Shown: positions 41,018-53,686, counted from the stretch's first letter. The stretch: 64,000 bases of DNA from Eledone cirrhosa (GCA_964016885.1 OZ024742.1:256122001-256186000), one strand, 5' to 3'. Notes: a model not told the origin generated them from the letters alone. A program made the numbers and translations.

Positions 41018-42448
41018 GAAATATATGGGCATTTCACTGTTTGTCTATCTGTCTGTCTGTCCTTCCCTAAAACTCAAATGTAGGTGCTACAGAAATATTA
41101 CCTTCCCTTCCTTTCTCCACTTTGGTACTACCAAAAGAAACATTGTCGCTATAGAAACATTAACTTCCCCTCTCCACTGACTTTAGTCACTGAGGCCGAG
41201 GGAATAGCTGGTTGCTATAGAGACACCTTGCACAAGCCAGAAGTAACCAGTTCGAGGCGGTTCTGACTTGACACCATGCCAAGGACCATTTGAAGAAGGT
41301 TGCCATTGAATTTGTGGTTTGAAGAAGGTTGCCATTGAATTTGTGGTTGTTGCTGCTGATAATAAGGACCATTTGAAGAAGGTTGCTGCTGATGAGGTAA
41401 TTTATTAATCAGATTGCGCAGTTCCATAACCTACGTTTGATTTGTTCAATTTTTTTCTTCAATTTGTGTTGTTCTTTTTTTTTTATTTCTTATTGAAAAA
41501 ATTTAAATAATAAAATAAGGTTAGACATTTAAATATAATTAAATACGATTTATCTACTTATAATATATAATGGGCGTTTCTCTGTTTGTTTGTCTGTCTG
41601 TCCGTCTGTAAAAAATGCCAAGGAAACAAATAGACGCGGTTTAAAATCTCTATGCTTTTCAAATTCATTACATTAATCTTTATTTATACGTTTCGCTTTA
41701 CGAGTGTTTCGACTTACGAGTGTTTCGGCTTACGAGTGTTTCGGCTTATCATTATATATAAACGTTTCTATTTTCATCGTTTTATCGTAAACGTATATAT
41801 ATTTCAATCGTTATATCATAACGTTTATGTATCATAACGTTTATATTTCCGTCACTAATCTCTTTTTCTCCTTTTTCGTTTTAACATATATTTATTTCAA
41901 CGATTTCACCGTATAGATAACATATATATTTATACATGCATAAAAGGCACACCGAGAGACGGTGAACATGTGGTGCCGAAGACATTTCTCGTTCAAATCT
42001 CAACAATATCAGTATATACACTAGATTTGCTAACAGAAAACCGCCCAGCGGGTGGTTTTCTGCTAGTCTATATATATAAAACTGAGGATCTCTGTCTGTG
42101 TGTGTATGAGATTGAATCCCTGAAACTCGAGAAGCACCCAACCTACTGTTTTCAAACTTTACACATGTAATAGTTATCTTTCAGGGAGTGTTCTGAGCCA
42201 AGAAAAATTCAAATTTTCAATGCCCCAGGGACCGCATTAGGTGATTTAGCGATCTCTCTCTATACTTCTTAGTCTTTCTCTTTTTAGATAGATACATACA
42301 TATAAGGTCGCACCCTCATAATATCTGTCTGCATGTCTGCTATCTGCATTACGTCACTTCCCACAATTTCCTCTTCGTCCAGAACGCGTCCTTCCAATAT
42401 CTGTCTGTACGTCTGGCTGTCTATATATATATATTAGTATACTGCTAC
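40492..42448 (+). mobile_element. Tandem array of non-autonomous Helitron-like elements
   Basis: Three TC...atatataa 5' ends, each followed by (ctgt)n, at 40492, 41553 and 42067. A 3' hairpin cagaaaaccgccc-agc-gggtggttttctg plus CTAG lies at 42034-42066 and closely resembles the 8338-8368 terminus. Internal minisatellites are present. Confidence 0.8.
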
Positions 42449-42849
42449 AAGTGAATACGAACACTCCAGGCAAGAACATGACGGTAACATAGACAACATA
42501 GAAATTAAAATAATATCTAAACATAGAAATGACCCAGCAGAGAGGGAAGTGAAATAGAACTTAGAAGGCCAAAGCTAAACAGAAAAAAAAAATGAATGGA
42601 ATAACGACAATACCCAAACAAACAATACTGACCGTAGAGAAATATAAATATATAAATAAATATATACACAAGCACAACAACAAACACATATAAACACACA
42701 CTAGTAAACTAAGATAGCATACAAAAACCAAAACACAGTCATCCAAACGCGAACACGCATCAAACACGATACACACACGCAAACGCATGCGCAGAGAAGA
42801 AGACACAAGTAAATAAATAAATAAACAGATTAAATAAAGATGGCGTAGA

Positions 42850-43165
42850 CATACAATACAACAGGAGAAAACGTAATAGCAGCACTGACGGCATTGCAGA
42901 TGTGCAACGAAAGAACTTTGTTAGACTATATATATGTGTTTGTGTCTATATAATATCTGTATTTTTGACCGTTGGTCAGTCAATAGTAAACATTGAGGAC
43001 CGAATAAATTAACTGATATAAAAGATATAGAAGCGAAAACCAACCAAACAGTGAGTGTGTTCTGTTATTAATTCTGGCAATATTATTACAACAATATGAC
43101 CCTCCCCAAGTATAACATTACTTGTTTCGACACACGATTTCATATCAAAAACCTCGCAAAACAAA
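42850..43165 (+). mobile_element. PLE 3'-end/pLTR fragment with degenerate HHR
   Basis: ca-CTGACGG-cattgca gatg tgcaac-GAAA-gaac-TT-tgtta (42880-42923). Same family as 25130-25360 and 50552-50765. Confidence 0.62.
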
Positions 43166-43754
43166 TATATATATATATATATATATATTAGTAAAAAGGA
43201 ATAGAAAATGCTGACGAAGTTTTCCCAGTGAAAAATAGTTTAATTAGGAATAAGTATGAATTAGTAATAAGTATTGGTTAGTATTCAGTTTTAGTTTTAA
43301 GTTTTTACCGGTTGCGCATTTCTAATGCTTTTCAAAAATAATTTTGAGATAGAGCGCTCGTGATGTTTGTTCTATAGAGCAAACATCACAAGCGCTCTAA
43401 GGATTTTCTTTTCCCTTTTACTAATATATTACAACTCGTGTGTCACACCTCTATTTAAAAAAAAAAAAATAATAATATATATATATATATATATATATGG
43501 TTTTAAATTTTGATACCACATATATATATATATATACCATATATATATATAGTATTAGTTATACTATTTATGGTTATGTAAATACAAAACCTTAAGCAGT
43601 TATAAGTATTTTACACACACCCTAAATAGTGGTAGGCAGTAATGTATTACTACCTTATTACCAGTAAGTTAAGTAGCTCAATGTAAAAACATCAGATGAT
43701 TTACAGAGCAGTTATATGAAATATAAGAATCAAAGAACTGTTCAAAACATTATT

Positions 43755-43803
43755 GTGCTTACAGCTGTTTCCTCCAAACCGAGGTTTGGATTCTGCGGAG
43801 CAA
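43755..43803 (-). ncRNA. Hammerhead motif, mutated core CCGCAGA
   Basis: Mirror of 45861-45909 with an additional A6C change. Confidence 0.6.
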
Positions 43804-45860
43804 TTTATTAATGCATGGACAGTTATATGACCTCCTTTTCAGCCGAGAGACATTCCGATACATATTCAAACATTGATACATATTCCAACATTGTGGGTCA
43901 ACATTCATTACAGAATTTAGAGTGGCAGTACACAATTCGAGATTACATTTATATTAAGAGGTACAATCAAAAATCAAAAATACAGGTTAAAATACAACAT
44001 GAAGATAAGCGGTTATATAGTGCAAATGTTATATGTATGGCACGCATGTGCGTCTTGTTTATATAGTGTGGCAGAGAGATATGTGTGGTAGAGGCACTTA
44101 GGTAGGTAAACAAGAGTGTTAGGTTGGTAGATCTGGTGGCAAATTCTTTATATGATTGATATAGTCTGTGTGTGGAGAAATGTTATAAGCATTAAAATTA
44201 GTGCAAGCATTAAAAGTGTTAAAAGTATTCGAGATGCACAGCGAAGGGATGTCAAGTATTTCATGTACTTCGGCATTTTCATGGTCAGGGGAGTGTATTT
44301 TTCGATTATATGCCCCTCACATAATCCACGACAATCCGATATTGAGCGTTTGACAATCCAGTTAGAGATCGTAGTCTGGTGTTCTTTAGTTCAATACAGG
44401 AGGCTGTTACGTTTCGAGAAACGCCATTGAATACCACCCGGAAGTGTGTGTGTGGCTAAGGGGAGTTAATACATGCGGGGAGGTAACTCCGGCGTTTCTA
44501 AACCTAGCTATTAAAATGTGTCACAATATAGACCCTAATTTCTATGGTGATGCGCATCCTCCAAGAAAATTTTTAAAGCATAAAGTATATTAACTATAGA
44601 GTAGTTTAATTAAGTTATGCTGAAGGTGATCATATTATTATGGTGGATTAACCCATCGTAAGGTGCCACAAATGGAAATTATAGATGATGAGCGAGGATT
44701 CTAAAATAATGATCTCTGTGGTTGTAGTCTACTACATTGCAACTGCCGTGCGGGTTGTACATATATGGATGATCTGACGGCCAGAGAGGGGTCGCGAGGA
44801 CTGCGGATTGACCTCTGGCCGGCCTGGGGATGATTATCTTTCGACATCCAATGTAGCAAGCGTTGACCCAGAACTTACCAGTGATCATTGGGTCCTGAAG
44901 CAATCCTGCAATCACCGCGCCTGGTCCTATGAGTAGACTACAACCACAGAGATCATTATTTTAGAATCCTCGCTCATCATCTATAATTTCCATTTGTGGC
45001 ACCTTACGATGGGTTAATCCACCATAATAATATGATCACCTTCAGCATAACTTAATTAAACTACTCTATAGTTAATACACTTTATGCTTTAAACATTTTC
45101 TTGGAGGATGCGCATCACCATAGAAATTAGGGTCTATATTGTGACACATTTTAATAGCTAGGTTTAGAAACCCCGGAGTTACCTCCCCGCATGCATTAAC
45201 TCCCCTTAGCCACACACACACTTCCGGGTGGTATGCAATGGCGTTTCTCGAAACGTAACAGCCTCCTGTATTGAACTAAAGAACACCAGACTACGATCTC
45301 TAACTGGATTGTCAAACGCTCAATATCGGATTGTCGTGGATTATGTGAGTGGCATATAATCGAAAAATACACTCCCTGACCATGAAAATGCCGAAGTACA
45401 TGAAATACTTGACATCCCTTCGCTGTGCATCTCGAATACTTTTAACACTTTTAATGCTTGCACTATTTTTAATGCTTATAACATTTCTCCACACACAGAC
45501 TATATCAATCATATAAAGAATTTGCCACCAGATCTACCAACCTAACACTCTTGTTTACCTACCTAAGTGCCTCTACCACACATATCTCTCTGCCACACTA
45601 TATAAACAAGATGCACATGCGTGCCACACATATAATATTTGCACTATATAACCGCTTATCTTCATGTTGTATTTTAACCTGTATTTTTGATTTTTGATTG
45701 TACCTCTTAATATAAATGTAATCTCGAAGTGTGTACTGCCACTCTAAATTCTGTAATGAATGTTGACCCACAATGTTGGAATATCTATCAATGTTTGAAT
45801 ATGTATCGGTATGTCTCTCGGCTGAAAAGGAGGTCATATAACTGTCCATGCATTAATAAA

Positions 45861-45909
45861 TTGCTCCGAAGAATCCAAACCTCGGTTTGGAGGAAACAGC
45901 TGTAAGCAC
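45861..45909 (+). ncRNA. Type I hammerhead motif, U4C core
   Basis: ttgct-CCGAAGA-atccaaacc tc ggtttggag-GAAA-cagctg-TA-agcac. Stem III is the palindrome CAGCTG, versus CAATTG in the 26-kb copy. Confidence 0.8.
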
Positions 45910-45939
45910 AATAATGTTTTGAACAGTTCTTTGATTCTT

Positions 45940-45971
<32 letters not shown>

Positions 45972-47635
45972 GATATAGATATATATGGTTTTGATACCAC
46001 TGGGATAAATGTAATACACTTCAATCCTCCTCGTTTGATATTTTCTGCATGGAAATTCACAAAAGAAATTAATAATAATCTGTATAAATTTCTTTAATAT
46101 AGCTTTTAGTGTTGACACAAATGTTGTTTCAATTTTCTAGCAACTTTCCTTCAATGTGTAGCTATTGAAAATGTTTTATCTAATATTTATGAAGCATATT
46201 TTGCAATCTCCGTCTATATGACATCATACGCATACATTTTGAAACTCTCTTTATGTATATAAATTACCTCTATGCAAATTTCTAGCATGACCGCCCAAAC
46301 GGAAACTATTAAATATTTCGCCACAATAGCCTATGTCTAGCATGATGAATTGGTGAACACAATTATGCATAAAAATACCTGAAAATTCTTCTAGTATTCA
46401 GAAGGCTTTGACTACTCATCTCAAATAATCCACACTAACCAACCCAAAATACCTGCAATATAAAATTATAATGCCTGACGTATCGATAAATATATACAGT
46501 GTTTGCTTTCTATCAGAATTGCAGATGAAGAATGGATATACGATGTTTCCATGCCTCGTATCAGAAAGTAGTAGAAACGTAAATTTAAAAAAATTACTTT
46601 TATACTAACTGAAAAATAAACACAAAACGAAATGACCCGATTGTCAAAGGTGAAGGAAGAAATTATATTTTTACTCGCCATTCCATTGCTGACGTTATCA
46701 GTTCATCACAACTACTAATGAACGCAGAGCGACAACATTTCAACCTATCCATCTCAACTGCTTCCTGGCCTAGTATATTATAAATAGAATCCTGAAACGA
46801 TCGAAGAGAAATTCGACTTCGCTAAGATTCGAACTCCTAACGAAGAATTCTAACAATCCAATCTAACAAGCCTTTAACTACATTATATTTTAACGCACGA
46901 TACCTCATCACATTTTCAGACAGCATCAAAAACTACAATCACCATCCGAGGATTTTGATGATGAATATTGAAGTTGTACGATTAACGGACAACATAAACA
47001 TGACCAAAATGTGTAAATGGGTGAGGATTCGAATTATATCAGCAGGCTATACCTTTGATCAAATAGCTGGTAGACACCTCGTTGAAACAGATGGAGTATC
47101 ATCGTTCTTCTTGTCACAGGTGAAGTAATCCTTATCTTAACCAGGAATATCAGAATATCTTTTATCAACAAATTAATACAATTCGAATTTTAAAGGATTA
47201 ATTATATTTCGCCTTATCTAAGTTTCATTCTTATTGAATAATAATGGTTATCAACGATTGAATGTGTATTGAATGTCATAGAAAAAATAACGTAATATTG
47301 TTTAAAATGAAACCATCAGGAGAAGGGATATGCAATCTTGATAACCGCTAGCGAGCGAGAAATGGCCATCGGTGGTTTCCTTTTGTTTTTGCCAAGACTA
47401 AGCAAGTGACATTAAAACTGCGAATGGTCTTTAAAATGTTATTAAATAAACATACAGTATATTATCAAATATGCTATACATACATCGATACATACATCGC
47501 TACTTCAGAAGAACTGATACTAATATATATATATGTGTGTGTGTATATATATATACATGATGGCTGCCCCCTCGTTATCGAGTATGGCCATTGCACGAGA
47601 AAAAACATCATAATGTTAACAACAATAATAAAAAT

Positions 47636-47725
47636 AAGTGTTTCTACTTTTGGCACAAGGCCAGCAATTAACCACTATATTACTGGTACTTTATTTTATC
47701 GACCCCGTAAGGAGGAAAGGCAAAG
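47636..47725 (-). mobile_element. 5'-truncated SINE copy
   Basis: gtttctacttttggcacaaggccagcaatt...ctggtactttattttatcgaccccgtaagg. Confidence 0.85.
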
Positions 47726-47829
47726 AATAATAATAACAACAATAATAATAACGACAACAATAATATACATATATACATATACACACACGCGCACACATTT
47801 AAACATATCTACACACACGCACACACGAT

Positions 47830-50150
47830 AGCAATTAACAGCGCTGCGATGGAATGTGGCTTTTTTAGCCCAGCCAATGATCTAAAATGTCTTGTACAGA
47901 GCTGGCAACCAAAACATTCACTGGGAATAGCCGGCTGTGGTTGGAGTTCATGTACTTTTGCATGTCGTTTGAGCCCTCCTGCTGATCTACATTCTCTACC
48001 ACATGCTTGGCAAGCATGATGAGTAGCATCTCCAACAGCAGCCTGGTAGTCTACCACTGGTCTTACTTTATGACTGCCAAAATGAATTTCGAGTTAGCTT
48101 TGCTTAGGCAGAGTCTCGCACAGACGCTTCATATCAGCACCATAAGAGGACCCTCGTCGTCTGGAAATGCAGCAGCAATGCCCTTCCTCACATCCCGCAT
48201 TACTTTCTCGTATGCGATTCGAGATACCACAAAGGCAACATTTCCCTCATATACACTTTTTCACCATTTATTATGATCAGCGGCAACATTTTCCCATGTA
48301 TCAGCAGAGATGTTAGCGTCGTTGAAAGAGGCTTTCAAGGAATCCATATACCTCTTTTTTTTTGGTTTATGTGGCGGTCGTTTTCCTTTAACTAACTCTC
48401 CATAAAATAGTTGTTTTAGTATTCTAGAATCCTTCATCCTGGATTGGTGACCACTCCAACGGAGTCGTTGCTTAAGCGCAAGAGCTTCTATACTGTCACA
48501 CAGAGCTTTCCAAAATCTCCACATCACTGATGTGGTCCCTCCAGTGAACGCCATGGATCCGTCTGAGACACATCTGATAGAAAAGCTCCAATTGCTTAAG
48601 GTGGTGTCGATATGTGACCCTCGCAGGCATAAATAAGAGAAGAGAGCACACATACCTTGTACACCTTTACTGTTGTCTTCTTGCATATGTCTCGCCGACC
48701 CCAGAATCGTCTCTCTAGCTTTCCGAAAGCATCACTTGCTTTCTAAATCCTGAGTTGGATTTCATTATGAATGTTGCTGTAGCGATTGACAGTGCTTCCG
48801 AGGTAGAAAAACTGATCAACCACTCAAAGTCGTTTACCATACACATAGATATTTGGTTCACTGTACTGCTTACAAAGGACAGGATAGTACATGACGACGG
48901 TTTTCTTGAGACTGACAGTCAATCCTAGGGCAGTGCAAGCATCAGAAAATGCATTCAAAATGTGCTGCATATCACTCTCTGTATGCGCTCCAAGATTGCA
49001 ATCATCTGCATACAAGAGGTCTCTTATGATTGATGTAAATACTTATGTTTTTGCAGCAAAGCGCCTGGTGTTAAATATGCTGCCTGGGGTTCGATATCGG
49101 ATGTAAACACCATGCTCACAATTCCTGAATGCAATATAGAAAACCATTGCAAAGTATATGGCAAACAGGGTCGGTGCTGGAATATCCCCCTATTTCACAC
49201 CATTTTTTACTGAGATAGGCTCCGACATGTTACCTCCGACATTAACCCAAACCTTCATGTCGTCATGGAAAGACCTAACTAAAGCAAGAAACTTATCAGG
49301 CCAACCAAGTTTCTGGAGAACTTTCCATAATGCATTTCTGTTAACAGTATCTAAAGCTTTTGTCAGATCGACAAAATCCTGATACAGATCCAAACATTGA
49401 TCCATCTGTCACGCATCCTGACAAGGACGCAGTCCAAAAGATACCATTCCTTAGATGCAGGATGCATCCATGTGGTCTTAAATTTGTTCTTTTGTTGGAA
49501 CATGGTGTCGGTAACACACAAATCCAGCTCCTCACATCTGCCGCAGGCGCATACCATCGTTGTTACACTTTCCCATTCCATGCCTTCCGATTACATTCCA
49601 TGTGTTAAAATCCCTACCCACTCTACCATTAAAGTCACCAAGCACGATGACTTTGTCTGCCTGACGGATATTTCTTAAAACACCTTTCAAGGCATGGTAA
49701 AAGGACACTTTTTCTTTATCGACAGAATTCATAGTTGGAGCATACACAGTCACCAGGGTCGCATATCTTCCTTTGTCCAGCGGAATTCTCATGGACCTAA
49801 GACGCTCACTAATCCCTACTGGGAATTCTTCTATTTATTCACAAGAAGTGTCTTAACAGCAAATGCTACCCCATCTTCTCTTCTTATTCCTTCATCTCTT
49901 CCTTTCCAGAGGAATGTATATTCTCCACAAAATTCTGTAAGATGACCATCTCCAGCTAACCTCGTCTCAGATAAAGCTACGATGTCAAGATCGTAATGTC
50001 GAAGCTCCTTTGCAACAAGAGCGGTCCTTCGTTCGGGACGTTCCAAGGAATCCCTATGGAAGCAGCGTCCGTACGTTCCAGCAGCCAAGACTAAATGCCT
50101 TGTTTGGCTCTATTACAGTGGCACGATGACGAGCGGGCCCAGGCTGTGAT
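47830..50150 (-). mobile_element. RTE-BovB-like LINE, internally deleted (APE endonuclease, RT, C-terminal C2H2 fingers)
   Basis: RPERRTALVAKELRHYDLDIVALSETRL, GVAFAVK, YAPTM, VLGDFNGRVG, FVDLTKALDTVNR, LLYADD, FFYLGS, RLRWSGH..RM.DSRI.KQLFYGEL, CQACGRECRSAGGLKRH. The APE end is fused directly to the RT near 49400. Confidence 0.93.
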
Positions 50151-50495
50151 AAACTGGGACACCTGAGCCTATTTCAAATTATCTCTTTTGTTCCAGAACC
50201 TTTATTGCCAATTATCTCTTTCATATTGTTTTGGAACATCATTGAATTGGGGGAAAAAAAAAGTAATAATAATAATAATATACATATATATGTGACCATC
50301 GGCTTACTATTTGACAAGAAATACGTTTTCATTGCTGATTATGTGCCCTGCACTGGCTTATAAAGCCTGCTGGAGATTTGCATATTTTCTTAGTTAAAAT
50401 ACATTCATAATCTTATCCTAGCTCCATCATTTGGTACAATGAATATATAATTTTGAGAGACTTTATAAGTTCTGACATATTTGAAAATTCTCTGC

Positions 50496-50551
<56 letters not shown>

Positions 50552-50552
<1 letters not shown>

Positions 50553-50765
50553 TTGGGGAGGGTCATATTGTTGTAATACTATTGCCGGAAATAATAACAG
50601 AACACACTCACTGTCTGGTTGGTTTTCGTTTGTACATCTTTTATATATCCATAGTTTATTCATTTGGCCAACGGTCAAAAATACAGATATAAATATATAT
50701 ACACAGTTGCACATCTGCAAGATCATCAGTGGTACTATTATCATGTTTCCTCCTATTGTGTTGTG
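50552..50765 (-). mobile_element. PLE 3'-end/pLTR fragment with truncated HHR
   Basis: Reverse complement of the 42850-43095 family. It contains CTGATGA-tcttgca gatg tgcaac but lacks GAAA and stem III. Confidence 0.65.
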
Positions 50766-51922
50766 TTTACGACCGATTTTTTTTACAAACTTTACACGTA
50801 AATTATTTATATTTATTGAAGGGCAATCGGCTCTTCTACCCTAGGGGTCGCATTAGGCGAAAAACCGTAATTTTTAGGCAATTTTAGGTTTATTTGAGGC
50901 GCAATTTAAAGATAATACAACCGATTTCATCGAAATTTGCAGCTCACATAAGGTAATCGCCTCGCATTGCTGTGAACGAAAAAAATTCCGATTTCATTAA
51001 TGGTTTCTAGGAAAGTTATGAATTAGCATTGTGCATTACATGCCATTTTCATTTTCAATGTAAACGCTACTTAAACATCGCAAATAGCGTATAATATTTC
51101 GTTAAAAATTTAGTTTATTTAACAGACGACACAACACATACTTACTTTTAAACAGGACCATTTTCGGGGGATTGAGGAAATGAGGAGGACCTTAACATTT
51201 TTGTCGGCGCCCTGTTGACGCTTCGTGCTTTCATCGCGAGCAAATCCGGGCCGTGTGTACATTGACGTGTTATTGACACCGTAAAACTCACGTATGTACT
51301 ACTCTACTAAGACCCCTTTTGTTGCATCTACACTACAGTATGAACGCCCTGCACACGTGCGTCGAACAGCAGTTGAGCTAATTCCGCACTGACCCCCACT
51401 TGAAATGGTTGATGGGGACCCCAATGGTAACTCCGAAGGGTTCGGAATCCGATATAACAGTTCGGTCTATATCAGATTGGATATATTTACAAAGAGTCTA
51501 TGGTCTCCTGTGGGGAAGGCCCTACATGCTGTATGGTTTCATGACATGTCTTCCTTAAGCATTGCAGACTTTACTCTGTACAGTATGAATGCATGTGCAA
51601 TAGACATAACTGCTGATGTATGTCGAGATAACTGGGTGCCAATCTATAAAACTCGAAAAGTACCTAAGCGATTCTCTCCAAATGGAAGAAAAATCATACT
51701 CTAACATTTAGTTCGCTTTAAGTGTCTCCAGATGATTTTCTTCAGACGTTACACATGCATGCATATGTTTCACGATTCGGGCCTGATGTGCTCCATGTTT
51801 CGAGGAGATGAACAATCATCCCGTGAAAAGAAGGAAATTAAAAAGCTACACAGCTACATTCCCCAATCTTTGCATATGCGTGTTGCTATTTCATATTTCG
51901 TACCCAGTGCAACGTCGGTTTC

Positions 51923-51986
<64 letters not shown>

Positions 51987-51988
<2 letters not shown>

Positions 51989-53530
51989 CCGGGATGTCTA
52001 GTTTTAGGGCACGTTGGAATCCATTGGTGATTAGGGATGGTGGGTAGTTTCTGCTGATAAGTGTGTTTTTTAATTCTTCTAGTCGTGTGTAGCATGTGTA
52101 TTTATCTGAAACTATTGTGCAGATCCTTCTGGCTGCGTTATAAGGAATTGCCCTTTTGGTGTGTCTAGGGTGGCACGAGTTGAACGGAAGGTATTGTTTG
52201 GAGTCTTTGGGTTTCTAGTATATGTCTTAAAAAACACACTTATCAGCAGAAACTACCCACCATCCCTAATCACCAATGGATTCCAACGTTCCCTAAAACT
52301 AGACATCCAGGAACTCAGACACCCCAAACCGAGGGGTGAATCGCAACAAAACACTCTACCATACATCTCCCCACACAACCCCCTCAACAATGAGGCATTC
52401 GATACCATCCTCCAGAACATTCCTTTACTAAAAAGAGACCCAAGAATTAACAATATCCTCCAAACACACAACATCATAAAGAGCAAAAGACAACCCAAAT
52501 CCATAAAAAGCATCCTCACACAAGCCAAAATCCATCAAGCCCTCACAATAAACCCTAGAGTAACAAAATGCGGAAGGCCCAACTGTGGCATATGCATAAA
52601 TCTAATAGAAGGTTCAACATTCAATTTTAAACAAGGACAACGTTTCACAGTTAAACACAACTTTACATGTGCATCTGAAAACCTTATCTATGTTTTGACT
52701 TGCTCAGGTTGTCTAGAGCACTATATAGGACAGACGAAAAACAGCCTCCGTCAACGTATGACCGTCCATAAATCAGAAATTAAAATACAGGAATACAGAA
52801 AGATTGCATTTATTGAACATATCGCCAACTGTGCTCTCAACCAACTTCCAAACTTTAAAATTGTCCCCATTTACAAATTCATAGACAACGCTACTTTCAT
52901 CCAACGCACCAATAAGGAAACACATTTCATTAATATATTTCAACCAGTACTCAATGCCCTAAAATTCGGACATTTCTAAAACTGCAACAAACCATCAAAC
53001 ATTTACAAGAGTTACCTCCCTCACACCCTACCTAATCCTTTTTCTTAAATAAATTAAATATTACCCAGCAAGAATTGTTTCCACCTGCATATTAACTCTC
53101 TAAAAAGGGAAATCACAGTCCACCATTTGCCTCCTTCACGGAACCATGGTTCAACTAAACACTCTTGCGATATTAACACATTTTGAACTGCTTAACTTCA
53201 ATGACTGTGCTTGTAAATAACATTAACTTTTCTTCCACATTGACTTTTTATGCTCTACATTATGCAGTTTTTTTTTCTTTTACTTTTTTCTTTTCACTTC
53301 TTAAACCTTGTTTGTAAATAACATTATTCTTTCTGCACCTTCTGTTTAACATGTGCGACAACACACTAATACATTTCACTATCATTTGATAATGCATATA
53401 AATGCAGAAACCGGTAATAGACAATAATTAAATATACCAATAGATAAATAAATGGCATTGTTAAGTAATAAATAAATCAACTAATACCTTAACACTTCAC
53501 ACAAAGTAAAACATTTCGTTTTAATCATTT
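51987..53530 (+). mobile_element. 5'-truncated PLE (Neptune-like) with inverted 5' segment
   Basis: ORF 52161-52979 contains CGRPNCGIC and NLIYVLTCSGCLEHYIGQTKNSLRQRMTVH (GIY-YIG). The upstream thumb motif KPKDSKQYLPFNSCHPRHTKRAIPY is on the minus strand at 51987-52228. A degenerate HHR lies at 53379-53420. Confidence 0.9.
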
Positions 53531-53620
53531 TCTAACCCAGAAAAAAGAGAGAGAGAGAGAGACACACAAAAAAATGAAAAAAAAAATTTTTCTTGCTCAT
53601 AATCGACTCTTTCTCCCTGT

Positions 53621-53680
<60 letters not shown>

Positions 53681-53686
53681 ATATAT

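Larger units (their letters stand above)
43550..45951. mobile_element. Large fold-back PLE-type element: ~1020-bp inverted arms, 198-bp spacer, HHR at each end
   Basis: Arms 43713-44733 and 44932-45951 are near-perfect reverse complements; the mirror ORFs at 43815/45849 and 44152/45512 show this. The terminal ~300 bp is homologous to the 25965-26922 element. Both ends lie in (TA)n. Confidence 0.93.

Noticed and set aside
43815-45849. Duplicated 83-aa and 66-92-aa ORFs as a gene pair
   Set aside because: They are mirror images produced by the palindrome, lie antisense to the HHR direction, and have no recognisable domain.
46265-47120. Possible small exons (46268-46378 minus, 46517-46578 plus, 47091-47119 plus)
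   Set aside because: Only splice-like dinucleotides and short open frames, with inconsistent strands and no recognisable protein.
51330-51920. GC-richer block with 79-99-aa ORFs
   Set aside because: No convincing motif was found. It is probably a decayed transposon interior and cannot be classified without a search.
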